A stretch of DNA of 64,000 nt from the NCBI GenBank assembly GCA_902800905.1, contig CADCGC010000011.1, positions 14,389 through 78,388 on the forward strand. Direction: 5' to 3'. A model generated the notes under the pieces. That model had not been told where the DNA came from, searched no databases, and worked only from the letters and a program-made list of their open reading frames with translations. Origin of the DNA: an uncultured Erysipelotrichaceae bacterium (lineage in GTDB: Bacteria > Bacillota_I > Bacilli_A > RFN20 > CAG-826). Below, in pieces: positions 53,301 to 63,035 of this stretch; position 1 is the first letter of the stretch; each line of letters begins with the position of its first letter. The position numbers were made by a program, and so were the translations under genes.

Positions 53301-53506
53301 TCCTTGAGTTTGACCAAGTTGGAGTAATTTGTTCTTCACTTCTTCAATCGAGTAAGGAAGTTCATCATTACCAGTCTCTCCACCTGGATTAACTGGATCT
53401 CCACCTGGATCATTGCCGCCTTGATTACCGTTATTAGAGGTTGTACATCCAGTAACTAAGGCCGTAGAAAAAAGTAGTGACAAAAAAAGACACCGAGTTT
53501 TTTCAT
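50391..53506 (-). CDS. Very large surface lipoprotein; the canonical RBS+ATG is 1 nt out of frame with the long ORF (T7 tract)
   Basis: The long ORF (track: 50391-53555 from an upstream TTG with no RBS) contains LFLSLLFSTALVTGC plus a G/N/P/D-rich linker. On the minus strand, AGGAGG-N8-ATG (53504-53506) reads MKKLGVFF, then a T7 tract (53482-53488) puts it in the wrong frame. T8 would give MKKLGVFFLSLLFSTALVTGC. Confidence 0.6.
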
Positions 53507-53608
53507 AAAAATTTCCTCCTAATTTAAGAATACTTTTGCGTGCACCTGAAAACAATAAAAAAATATAAAAGAAAAGGGTTTTTAAACCCTCTAAAAAATA
53601 TTATTTTT

Positions 53609-54136
53609 CTAGTCCTCATCAGAGAATCTTCTTAATTTCGCTCTGATGATTTCTTTAGCCTCGGCCTCATGATCTTCACTCTTGAATTTTCTAACCGCGA
53701 TGACTTTTGGTTTTTCGATTTCGTAATCATCAACAAGAACATAGCCAACTTCTTTGAGTAGACGATAAGTGCCATTTCTTGCAATCACTTTAGTGCCTTT
53801 TTCTAAAGTAGTGATTTTTTCTTTATCGACAACGAAGTAAATTCTCTTTCCTTCTTCTTTTTCGACCTTTTCAACATAATCACCATTGACTTGATAGGCG
53901 TCTTTATAGAAACCTTCTCTAATGATTTTCACTAAGACATCTTCTTTTAATGTGGAGACATCTCTTTCATCAATATATCTGTATCTTGGTGAACCATCTT
54001 TATTAGTGACAAGTTTTCCATCTTTATCATGCATCTCTTCGATATATGCTTCATAGACTGTGTATGAACTTGTGATTTTATATTCACCATATTCCTTGAT
54101 ATAGGATTCATCATGGGCTAATTCTTTTCCAAACAT
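53609..54136 (-). CDS. Hypothetical cytoplasmic protein
   Basis: 175-aa charged ORF with no recognisable motifs. Confidence 0.4.
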   Translation of the reverse strand: MFGKELAHDESYIKEYGEYKITSSYTVYEAYIEEMHDKDGKLVTNKDGSPRYRYIDERDVSTLKEDVLVKIIREGFYKDAYQVNGDYVEKVEKEEGKRIYFVVDKEKITTLEKGTKVIARNGTYRLLKEVGYVLVDDYEIEKPKVIAVRKFKSEDHEAEAKEIIRAKLRRFSDED

Positions 54137-54180
54137 TTTTTCTACCTCTTTATTCCCAATTATTTATTATACAATCTTGT

Positions 54181-54750
54181 TCATCTTTTAATCATCACAA
54201 TCTTGTAATATGTATCACTTTCCCCTAATTCAATCGGTTTGAAATATCTTAGTAGTGGTTCACATTCTTCTTGGGGCGCTTTTAAGAGCCTAGAAACCTT
54301 CCCTGCTGAGCGTTTATGGTGTTCGTTGAGTGATTCTCTACCAATATCATGAATGATGGCGAGAAGCCCGTCTTCTTTAAGAAGATCATTCGCCTTTTTA
54401 ACAAATCCTTCAACATCCATGAAGTGAGGATAGGCATCAAAACAAATAATCGCGTCAAAAGGTTTTGACTTAAATTCATAGAAATCTTCATTAACAAAAG
54501 TTACTTTTGGATTCTTAATCTTCTCTTTCGCGTATTTAATCATTTCTGAACTGAAATCTAAGGCAACAACTTCGCCTTTATTTCTTAACGCGAGTTTTTC
54601 AGAGATGATTCCTTTGCCACATCCTAAATCTAAGATGCTTGGACACTTCTCTAAGAAAAGGGAATCTAAAAGATCTTCGATGAGTTTTGAATCATCGTGA
54701 ACATAGTTAATAGCGATATTATTGAAGAATTCTTTGATGTTTTCGTTCAT
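54181..54750 (-). CDS. Class I SAM-dependent methyltransferase
   Basis: ILDLGCGKGIISEKL (motif I) and VVALDFS (motif II). Confidence 0.8.
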   Translation of the reverse strand: MNENIKEFFNNIAINYVHDDSKLIEDLLDSLFLEKCPSILDLGCGKGIISEKLALRNKGEVVALDFSSEMIKYAKEKIKNPKVTFVNEDFYEFKSKPFDAIICFDAYPHFMDVEGFVKKANDLLKEDGLLAIIHDIGRESLNEHHKRSAGKVSRLLKAPQEECEPLLRYFKPIELGESDTYYKIVMIKR

Positions 54751-55862
54751 TATTTGCTTAATTCATCCATGTCAATTTTAGCGTATCCCCCGTAGGCGAT
54801 AGAGTACTCTAAGAGTTCATTATAGCAAGCTTTACCAACGAATTTGGTTAAGATTTCATCACTCTTAGTGGCAATATTGAAGTTACTCATTTCATGACTA
54901 ATTGACGCAACATAATATGTTGTCATTAGTTGAACTTCAAGATTTGTATAGTAAGCATTATATGGCATTTGGACATAAGTTTCCTTATTTTTAAATGCAT
55001 CAAGAGCGTTTAAGGTTTCTTTGTTTTCTTTATATTGGTTAATGAAACCAGAAAGATTCATGCTATCGAGAATGATCTTATCAGGGTTGATTTGAAGTAG
55101 TTTTTCTTGGTCAATTTCAACTTGTCCCATTCCTGGAAGATCTAAATCTTTTAATGCATCTTTAACTTTTGCATATTTGAGAGTTGGGTTATTGAGCATT
55201 GTGCCATAAATACTGGTCTTACCCCAGTTACCAACGCAACCGACATAATAACTATCGTTTGATTCTGGTAACGCACTTAATTCTGTAACCACTCCATCGA
55301 TATAATTAATAAGTTCGGTTGCTCTACTTTCTTTAGAAAATGCTTTTCCTAAGATAGTAAAAGAGTTTTTAGTAACTGTATCAAAGACACCTTCAGGCCC
55401 TTGTTTAAGTCCGATAACAGGAACATTTAATTCTTCGCTTAATGTGTTATTTACTTCAGCAGAGTAGAAAGAAACGATAACATCTGGGTTAGTTTCTAAA
55501 ATCTTTTCTTTTTCAGGTGCTTGAGCGGCTGGTCCGCCTCTTCCACAACTTGGAAGAGTATCAAAGAACGTTTTGTTTACATGATAATATGGGCGGATAA
55601 CTTGTCCTCCAAAACCATAGGTTTTAGTGGTGGTCTCAAAGTCTTCAACCGCGACAATCTTACTTAAATCTCCAATGTAGGAGTAATAACGAAGGGCGCC
55701 GGCCCCAATACAGATAACTCGATCTCTTTTGGTTTTATCAATTTGGACGGTTCTTCCTTGTCCATCCGTCAATTCAATTAAATTCCCTTCTTCGATTGGC
55801 TGAGCAGGAACACATCCCGCTAATAAAGGGATTAAAGAAAAGAGCAAAAGCTTATTTTTCAT
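54750..55862 (-). CDS. ABC transporter substrate-binding lipoprotein (iron-siderophore/cobalamin-type)
   Basis: MKNKLLLFSLIPLLAGC lipobox. Sits downstream of FecCD-type permease and ATPase genes with overlapping starts and stops. Confidence 0.7.
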   Translation of the reverse strand: MKNKLLLFSLIPLLAGCVPAQPIEEGNLIELTDGQGRTVQIDKTKRDRVICIGAGALRYYSYIGDLSKIVAVEDFETTTKTYGFGGQVIRPYYHVNKTFFDTLPSCGRGGPAAQAPEKEKILETNPDVIVSFYSAEVNNTLSEELNVPVIGLKQGPEGVFDTVTKNSFTILGKAFSKESRATELINYIDGVVTELSALPESNDSYYVGCVGNWGKTSIYGTMLNNPTLKYAKVKDALKDLDLPGMGQVEIDQEKLLQINPDKIILDSMNLSGFINQYKENKETLNALDAFKNKETYVQMPYNAYYTNLEVQLMTTYYVASISHEMSNFNIATKSDEILTKFVGKACYNELLEYSIAYGGYAKIDMDELSK

Positions 55863-56607
55863 AAATGAAATAACCTCCTTGTTCTGTCTTAATTAATTGT
55901 GATTTAATTCCATAAACTTCATAGAGAAGTTCAGGTGTGATTTCTTCTTTTTTACAGACTTTATATACCGATTTATCTTTCAAGAAGACAAATGTATCAC
56001 CGATGTCTAAAGCTTGGTTAATGTCGTGCATCGACACTAAAGAGCTTTTGTTATATTTCTTACATTCTTCTTTGATTAAAGAAATGATATTAACTTGGCT
56101 AGCGATATCTAAGTTACTGGTTGGTTCATCAAAGATGATGGTTTTTGCGTCTTGAATGAAACTTCTCGCAATTGCGACTTTCTGTCTTTCTCCTCCAGAG
56201 ATTTCAGATGTGATTTCATCTTTGATATCTTCCAAATGGAATTCTTTAATGATTTTATCAACTTTTTCTAAGTCATTCTTATTTGGATAGACATAGTAAT
56301 AGGGGAGTCTACCTAAAGTGATAACTTCTTTCACTGTTAAATCATTTCCATTTATTAGTTGAGGAACATAAGCGATTAAAGAAGCATAATCTTTACTTTT
56401 AATCTCTTTAATTGATTTGTCGTCAAAGATGATATCTCCTTCTTTAACCTTATTCACTCCAGTAAGACAATTGATAATCGTCGATTTTCCTACTCCGTTA
56501 GGGCCGAGTAAAACCACACATTCTCCTTCTTTGATTTCGAAAGAAACCCCTTGGAGTACTTTTTTATTTTTACGATATGAGAAAGACAAATTATTCACTT
56601 TAATCAT
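55852..56607 (-). CDS. ABC transporter ATP-binding protein (FepC/FecE-like)
   Basis: Walker A GPNGVGKST, signature ISGGERQK, Walker B IIFDEPTSNLD. Confidence 0.9.
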   Translation of the reverse strand: MIKVNNLSFSYRKNKKVLQGVSFEIKEGECVVLLGPNGVGKSTIINCLTGVNKVKEGDIIFDDKSIKEIKSKDYASLIAYVPQLINGNDLTVKEVITLGRLPYYYVYPNKNDLEKVDKIIKEFHLEDIKDEITSEISGGERQKVAIARSFIQDAKTIIFDEPTSNLDIASQVNIISLIKEECKKYNKSSLVSMHDINQALDIGDTFVFLKDKSVYKVCKKEEITPELLYEVYGIKSQLIKTEQGGYFIYEK

Positions 56608-57647
56608 GATTTCTTTCTCCTACTAAGTAACAAAATCAATATAAATATTGGGGAGCCAATTAAAGATGTAATCGCTCCTACTGGAAGAGAGATACCGTTC
56701 GCGGCCACTCTAGAAATATCATCGCAAATAAGAAGGAAACACGCTCCAAAAAGAGAAGAGGTGGTAATTAGATATTTATGGTCATTGCCAACAATCTTTC
56801 TCATGATTTGAGGAACGACAAGTCCGATAAATCCAATGATTCCTAATAAGGAAACACAAACTGCAGTTAATAGTGAGGCAAGTAAAAGAGAAATGAATCT
56901 AAAGACATTAAGATTAATTCCTAATGTTCTAGAGGTATCTTCTCCTAATAGCAAAGCGTTATATCGATATGAGAAAACTAAGAAGAATAGGAGTGCCACT
57001 AAAGTGACAACTAAAATAATTAAATCATAGGTATATGTCGCTCTTCCTAGATCTCCAAAAGACCAATAAATCGCGCTGCTTAATGTTGTATCAGTAGCGA
57101 AATATTGAATCAAAGTAGTGGCCCCAGTACAAAATGTACCAAAGGTAACACCGATTAAAACAGTGGTGGCGGTGTTAAATTTTTTAAATCGAGAAAGTCC
57201 TAAAACAAGTAGAGTTCCGCCTAAAGCGAATAAGAAAGCAAATAAACTTGTTAAATAAGGATTTTCAACAAAGACTTTTCCTCCAGTAACTGGAATCATT
57301 CCTCCACCTATTACAATGATTGCGATATTTGCGCCTAATACAGCGGAGTTACTAACACCTAAAGTGGTAGGAGAGGCCATAACATTGTTACTGACTGTCT
57401 GCATGATAACACCGCTGATTGATAGAGCAATTCCTGCTAATAAAGCAGCGATGACTCTTGGTAAACGAATGTTTAGCATAATAATGCGATTTACCTCTTC
57501 TCCTTGATTGAATAAACCAAGCAAAGCGTCAGTAAATGACATATTGCTTGAGCCAATGAAGAGAGAGAAAAAGAAAATAACTAAAGTTAAAACACATAAA
57601 GAGATAACTGTAATCATTCTTTTTCTTAATAAAGACAAGCTATTCAT
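56604..57647 (-). CDS. FecCD-family ABC transporter permease
   Basis: 347-aa polytopic ORF with typical FecCD blocks (RLPRVIAALLAGIALSISG, LLLGEDTSRTLGINL). Confidence 0.85.
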   Translation of the reverse strand: MNSLSLLRKRMITVISLCVLTLVIFFFSLFIGSSNMSFTDALLGLFNQGEEVNRIIMLNIRLPRVIAALLAGIALSISGVIMQTVSNNVMASPTTLGVSNSAVLGANIAIIVIGGGMIPVTGGKVFVENPYLTSLFAFLFALGGTLLVLGLSRFKKFNTATTVLIGVTFGTFCTGATTLIQYFATDTTLSSAIYWSFGDLGRATYTYDLIILVVTLVALLFFLVFSYRYNALLLGEDTSRTLGINLNVFRFISLLLASLLTAVCVSLLGIIGFIGLVVPQIMRKIVGNDHKYLITTSSLFGACFLLICDDISRVAANGISLPVGAITSLIGSPIFILILLLSRRKKS

Positions 57648-57708
57648 CTGCTACATATTAATATATGTGTGACAAATAAAATAGAAAAAAAGAAACAATA
57701 ATAGTATA

Positions 57709-58284
57709 ATGTGTTCGATATTTATGAGATACAAGAAAGAAGAAGCTAGTGCGTTAGAGAAAATATATGAGGCAGTCTCTAGCCTAATTAAAGAAAAAGA
57801 CTATAGCAAAATCACGAACACTGACATCATCAAAGAAGCGAATATTTCTAGGTCGACTTTTTATATTTATTTTAAAAATAAAGACCAGATATTCATTCAT
57901 ATTTGTGATGATATCTTTAATCACATCTTTTCTCATTCGTTAAAGAAAGAAAAACATCATGATTTTTCTAAAGATGCTCCTGAGGAGTTGAAACATATCA
58001 TCATCCATTCTTTCTATCACTTCTTAGAAGATAAAGAATTAATTCTTTCTATCCTTAATAGTGGTGCGTCTTCCATCTTTCTTTCTCAATTAAGAAAAAG
58101 ATTAAAACCACTTGTGACATCTTTGGTGAATAAGAAAATCATTGGGAATAATGACATTCCTATGGATTTAAAGATTCACCAATATATCAATGGATATACC
58201 GCGTTACTACAGTATTATTTAAGACACGCGAGTGACATTTCTCCAGAGAAGATCAGCGAATATTATTTCTCTTTCTACAAATAA
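57709..58284 (+). CDS. TetR/AcrR-family transcriptional regulator
   Basis: N-terminal HTH ITNTDIIKEANISRSTFYIYFKNKDQIF. Divergent from the ABC importer operon. The start could be the ATG at 57724. Confidence 0.8.
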   Translation: MCSIFMRYKKEEASALEKIYEAVSSLIKEKDYSKITNTDIIKEANISRSTFYIYFKNKDQIFIHICDDIFNHIFSHSLKKEKHHDFSKDAPEELKHIIIHSFYHFLEDKELILSILNSGASSIFLSQLRKRLKPLVTSLVNKKIIGNNDIPMDLKIHQYINGYTALLQYYLRHASDISPEKISEYYFSFYK

Positions 58285-58345
58285 TTATTTAAGAATAGTC
58301 TATTTTCCTTTATCATTATTCCAAATGAGTTAGGGGGTAAACTCA

Positions 58346-59554
58346 ATGGAAGATATTTTAAATTTAATTCAAAAAGAACAAGATAGACAAAATAACGGCA
58401 TCGAACTCATTGCTAGCGAAAACTATGCTTCTAAAAATGTAAGAGCGATGTGCGCTTCAATTCTCACCAACAAATACGCGGAAGGATATCCAGGAAGAAG
58501 ATATTATGGAGGATGTGAATTTGTTGATGAAATCGAAAGAATCGCCATTAGAGAAGTTTGTGATCTTTTTGGATGCGAATTCGCTAACGTCCAACCTCAT
58601 TCCGGAAGTCAAGCTAACGCTGCTGCATATAGAGCGTTAATGCCAGAAGGAGGCAAAGTCCTCTCTTTAGTCCTTAATGATGGAGGACACCTCACACATG
58701 GTTCTCCTGTTAGTTTCTCCTCTCATATGTATACATTCGTCCATTATCCTTTGGATAAAGATGGTAGACTCAACTATGATTCTTTAAGACAAATCGCTCT
58801 AGAAGAAAAACCAAACGTCATCTTAAGTGGCTATAGCGCGTTCCCATACGAAATTGATTTCAAAAAGATTAGAGAAATTTGTGATGAAGTTCACGCTTTA
58901 ATGATGGTGGATATGGCGCATATCGCCGGACTTATCGCCGCTAAAAAACACATGTCACCAATCCCATACGCTGATATCGTGACAAGTACAACTCATAAGA
59001 CATTAAGAGGCCCAAGAGGAGGAATCATCCTCACAAATAATCCTGACTTAATCAAGAAAATCAATTCTGCTGTCTTCCCATTTTATCAAGGTGGACCACT
59101 TGAACATATTATTGCCGCTAAAGCGGTGTGCTTTAAAGAGGCGCATACAGAGGCGTTTAAAGAATATGTGGCATCTTTAATGGCGAATACCAAAAAATGC
59201 GCCCAAACACTAAAAGAATTAGGCGCAATCGCTACTGATACTGACAACCATCTCTTCTTGCTTAACACATTAGATTCGTTTGGTCTAACTGGTAAAGAAG
59301 CTCAACAAAAACTAGAAGATATTGGAGTCACCACAAATAAGAATATGATTCCAGGAGATAAACTATCTCCAAAAGAAACTAGTGGACTTCGTATTGGCTT
59401 TGCCGCAGTGACCACTAGAGGATGTACATTAGATGATGCTTCTAGAATTGCTAAGCTCATCTATGATTATCTCAAAGGCAACATCAATCAAGAAGAAGCA
59501 AAAGATATAGTGAAGTCAATTGTCTCTTCTTGGAAAGAAATACAAGAAATTTAA
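58346..59554 (+). CDS. glyA: Serine hydroxymethyltransferase
   Basis: ELIASENY, GGHLTHGSPVSFS and TTHKTLRGPRGG (PLP-Lys) blocks. Confidence 0.95.
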   Translation: MEDILNLIQKEQDRQNNGIELIASENYASKNVRAMCASILTNKYAEGYPGRRYYGGCEFVDEIERIAIREVCDLFGCEFANVQPHSGSQANAAAYRALMPEGGKVLSLVLNDGGHLTHGSPVSFSSHMYTFVHYPLDKDGRLNYDSLRQIALEEKPNVILSGYSAFPYEIDFKKIREICDEVHALMMVDMAHIAGLIAAKKHMSPIPYADIVTSTTHKTLRGPRGGIILTNNPDLIKKINSAVFPFYQGGPLEHIIAAKAVCFKEAHTEAFKEYVASLMANTKKCAQTLKELGAIATDTDNHLFLLNTLDSFGLTGKEAQQKLEDIGVTTNKNMIPGDKLSPKETSGLRIGFAAVTTRGCTLDDASRIAKLIYDYLKGNINQEEAKDIVKSIVSSWKEIQEI

Positions 59555-59575
59555 CCAGCTGTGCTGGTTTTTTCT
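59553..59575 (+). terminator. Rho-independent terminator after glyA
   Basis: aaccagc-tgt-gctggtt followed by a T run. Confidence 0.8.
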
Positions 59576-59801
59576 TTTCAATAAAAAAAATCCCTATTTC
59601 TAGGGCAATTGTCGAACCATACGGTTCTCATAACTTAATCATTTAACCAAAATTATATTTCAAAATCAATAAACAAATAAAAAATGTTCGCCCCGCCACC
59701 AATTAATGATGACAATCCATCACATTATTCCGCATAATGCAACGGCGATTCACGAACCTTAATATTAAACCAAAGTTGTTGTTTGGAATCAACACAAATA
59801 T

Positions 59802-60731
59802 TTATTTGATTCCTAAAAAATCATTAACGATACTTCTATATCTTTCCTTGTCCATGATATAGCTGAGTCCATGTTCAGCAGTGGGGAAAGATTCATATCT
59901 AATCTTATCAGGGAATAATTCTTTTAATGCTTTAGAGAATGATTGAGGGACTAAAGTGTCTTTTTCTCCATGGATAATCATAATGTCAGCTTTGCTGTTT
60001 TTAACAAAATCTCTCGCATCCATATGATTAAGATTTGTGTGACCAAAAAGAATTGAAGAAAGATTCGCTAACGGATAGAAAATCTTTGGATTCATCTTTA
60101 AGGTGTATTTTAAAGTATTAGAAATAACTTCCTTAGGAGTGGTGTATGGACAATCAGAAATGACTTTGTCTCCTTCTTTCAATAAATCAGAAGCGTATAA
60201 CACAGTCGCTCCACCCATAGAGATACCAATAAGAACAATTCTTTTATCTTCTCCAAATGTTTCTCTAGCATATTTGATCCAACTTTTCGCGTCTTCTCTT
60301 TCTCTAACACCAAAGGTGATGGAGTGGCCTTGAGATTCTCCGTGTCCTCTTTCTTCGATAAGAACGACATTAAATCCAGCGTCAATCATATCATGAGCCC
60401 CACCAGAGAAATCTCGACATGGTGTTCCTCGATATCCATGGAACATAATACACACTGTATCGGAATTATTCTTATAGACTCTAGCGTGTAATTTCTTCTT
60501 GTCAAAAGAAGTGACATAAGCGTCTTCATACGGGATATTTCTCATCTCTGTAATCATTTTGTTAATTATATTAACATCACAGTATTCTAGAGTAGCGCCA
60601 GTAAGGAGATAGTCATCATCCTGCCCTTTGACTGGTGTATAAAATGTTCCTTTATAAACGATATATAAACCCACAAGGAAAAGAATGATTAATCCACCTA
60701 GTACTCCAAGTATTATCCATAGCCACATCAT
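59802..60731 (-). CDS. Alpha/beta-fold hydrolase with N-terminal membrane anchor
   Basis: N-terminal TM helix, HGYRG, nucleophile elbow GISMGG, and late HG..D and H motifs. Confidence 0.75.
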   Translation of the reverse strand: MMWLWIILGVLGGLIILFLVGLYIVYKGTFYTPVKGQDDDYLLTGATLEYCDVNIINKMITEMRNIPYEDAYVTSFDKKKLHARVYKNNSDTVCIMFHGYRGTPCRDFSGGAHDMIDAGFNVVLIEERGHGESQGHSITFGVREREDAKSWIKYARETFGEDKRIVLIGISMGGATVLYASDLLKEGDKVISDCPYTTPKEVISNTLKYTLKMNPKIFYPLANLSSILFGHTNLNHMDARDFVKNSKADIMIIHGEKDTLVPQSFSKALKELFPDKIRYESFPTAEHGLSYIMDKERYRSIVNDFLGIK

Positions 60732-60808
60732 ATGAATATTTTGACTGATTGCGGCTTAAAAATAAATTAATATTTTATTTCTTTCCTTTTGGTTATATGA
60801 TTTTAAAC

Positions 60809-61816
60809 ATGAAAAAATCAATATACGAAATCAATTACAATTCACCTTTAGATGTCTATGAGACTCAAAAGGCGATTAAATTTGTTAAAGACACTTTTGA
60901 AAAGAAGCTCGCGGAAAAGTTAACTCTATTAAGAGTGACCGCTCCATTATTTGTCTCGACTCATTCAGGACTTAATGATGGATTAAGTGGAGTTGAAAAA
61001 CCAATAGGTTTTACTGTCCCTAGACTTAATGAAGATGTTGAAATCGTTCATTCTCTTGCTAAATGGAAAAGAATGGCGTTATCTAAATATGACATCCATA
61101 TCTATAAGGGTCTATACACTGATATGAACGCGATTAGAAAAGATGAAGAACCAGATTTCATTCATTCCATCTATGTTGACCAGTGGGACTGGGAAAAAGG
61201 GATCTTAGAATGTGATCGTACATATTCTTGTTTAAAAAGAACAGTGAAACAGATATATTCTGCAATCTACTGGTTATCAGTCCAAGTTGAGAAAAAATAT
61301 CCTTTCTTAGAAAATTCTTTACCAAGAGATATCACTTTTGTTTCCACTAAAGAGTTGGAGAAAATGTATCCAAACCTTTCTAGAAAAGAAAGAGAAGATG
61401 AAATCTGTAGGAAGTATAAAGCGGTTTTCTTATATCAAATTGGAGAAAAACTTCAAGACGGTCTTCCTCATGATTCAAGAGCAGCGGACTATGATGACTG
61501 GAAACTTAACGGAGATATCTTAGTCTATTATCCCCTCTACGATATGGCGTTAGAGCTATCAAGTATGGGAATAAGAGTGAATAAAGAAAGACTAGTCAAA
61601 CAGCTTAAAGAAAAACACGAAGAATATAAACTTGAAAATGATTATTGCCAGTCCATCTTAAATGATGATCTTCCTCAATCAATTGGAGGAGGTATCGGAC
61701 AATCTCGTCTATGTATGTTCATGCTTCAAAAAGCCCATATTGGAGAAGTTCAAGTCTCCATTTGGGACAAGGATGAAGTAGAAAAATTAAAGAAACACAA
61801 TATATACTTACTTTAG
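60809..61816 (+). CDS. asnA: Aspartate--ammonia ligase (asparagine synthetase A)
   Basis: VHSLAKWKR, SIYVDQWDWEK, LELSSMGIRV and IGGGIGQSRLCMFMLQKAHIGEVQ match AsnA. ATG at 60809 is preferred to the upstream alternative start. Confidence 0.92.
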   Translation: MKKSIYEINYNSPLDVYETQKAIKFVKDTFEKKLAEKLTLLRVTAPLFVSTHSGLNDGLSGVEKPIGFTVPRLNEDVEIVHSLAKWKRMALSKYDIHIYKGLYTDMNAIRKDEEPDFIHSIYVDQWDWEKGILECDRTYSCLKRTVKQIYSAIYWLSVQVEKKYPFLENSLPRDITFVSTKELEKMYPNLSRKEREDEICRKYKAVFLYQIGEKLQDGLPHDSRAADYDDWKLNGDILVYYPLYDMALELSSMGIRVNKERLVKQLKEKHEEYKLENDYCQSILNDDLPQSIGGGIGQSRLCMFMLQKAHIGEVQVSIWDKDEVEKLKKHNIYLL

Positions 61817-61831
61817 TAAAAGGCAAAGAAA

Positions 61832-63034
61832 ATGGAAGAAAATAAAGTTATTGAACAGCCAAAAGAAAAAGAACCTAACAAGATTCTTAATTTCTTTATG
61901 ACAACATTAAACGGCACAGCGTATGGCTTATTTGCCACTTTAATTGTTGGCACAATCATCGGAACAATCGGATATTTCTTCTCCCTAGGAAGTGGTAATC
62001 CTTTCTGTGATTTTATGTCAACAGTCTTAGGAACCTCAAAAGGATTAGGCTATGTCCTTCAAATCTTAACTGGAGCAGGAATAGGAGTAGGAATCGCTCT
62101 TACATTAAAAATGGATCCTCTTAAAACCATTATTCTAGCCGCGGTAGGAGAAACTGCTGCATATTTCTCTTTATCAACTAAATTTGTGAATGATCCAACC
62201 GTCGCCTTTAACACTTTTGATGGAATTAAAGTTGGTGACCCTCTTACCATCTATTTAGTCTGTATCGCTACTGCGTTACTAATAAAATTAGTATTTACTA
62301 AGAAAACACCTGTTGATATTGTTTTAATTCCTCTATTTGGAGGCTTAGTGGGATTAGTTCTTTCTTTAGGAATCAGATACCCAACCATCTATATTACTTA
62401 CGCAATTCAATGGCTTGTTAATAGTGGCACTCAAGTTGTTCCATTTGTCATGGGAATCATCGTTGCTGTCCTTATGGGTATGGCGTTAACCGCTCCGATT
62501 AGTAGCGCCGCCATTGCCGCAATGGTTTTCTTCATTCCTGCTAGTGCAACAAATATCGCTGATTACCAAGGTTTATTAATCGCTAGTGGTGCTGCGATTG
62601 TTGGCTGCTCAACTCAAATGGTGGGTTTTGCGGTTCAATCAAGAAAAGACAATCCAATAGGTATGGTTATCTCAATTGGAATTGGAACAAGTATGCTTCA
62701 ATTTAAGAATATCTTAAAGAAACCAGTTATTTGGCTTCCTACAATCATCGCTTCAGCGATATTAGGGCCAATCTCTACATGTTTATTAAAGGCCATCTGT
62801 GTTGGCGATTTATCAGTTTTTGGAGTTAGAGATATCGTTGGCTCTGCTGCTGGAATGGGAACCGCTGGACTTGTTGGTCAAATTGGCACAATTTCCTCTA
62901 TGGGAGTCACTTCCTGGGAAGCTTGGGTTGCTATTTTTGTACTTGAAATCATTGCACCTGCAGTTTTAGTTTTCTTCATTGACTTATTATTTAGAAAACT
63001 TGGCTGGATTAAAGAAGGGGATTTAAAGGTCTAA
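61832..63034 (+). CDS. Polytopic membrane protein, PTS EIIC-like (PTS_EIIC_2-type) transporter
   Basis: 400-aa ORF with about 10 TM helices. N-terminal LNGTAYGLFATLIVGTIIG resembles the PTS_EIIC_2 family. Tentative. Confidence 0.45.
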   Translation: MEENKVIEQPKEKEPNKILNFFMTTLNGTAYGLFATLIVGTIIGTIGYFFSLGSGNPFCDFMSTVLGTSKGLGYVLQILTGAGIGVGIALTLKMDPLKTIILAAVGETAAYFSLSTKFVNDPTVAFNTFDGIKVGDPLTIYLVCIATALLIKLVFTKKTPVDIVLIPLFGGLVGLVLSLGIRYPTIYITYAIQWLVNSGTQVVPFVMGIIVAVLMGMALTAPISSAAIAAMVFFIPASATNIADYQGLLIASGAAIVGCSTQMVGFAVQSRKDNPIGMVISIGIGTSMLQFKNILKKPVIWLPTIIASAILGPISTCLLKAICVGDLSVFGVRDIVGSAAGMGTAGLVGQIGTISSMGVTSWEAWVAIFVLEIIAPAVLVFFIDLLFRKLGWIKEGDLKV

Positions 63035-63035
63035 T

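Noticed and set aside
59686-59760. THF riboswitch or T-box leader next to glyA
   Set aside because: There is only a partial motif resemblance (GTGAATC...TTGCAT...GCGG; GGTGGCGGGGCG). The element is on the opposite strand, downstream of the glyA terminator, with no gene for it to control.
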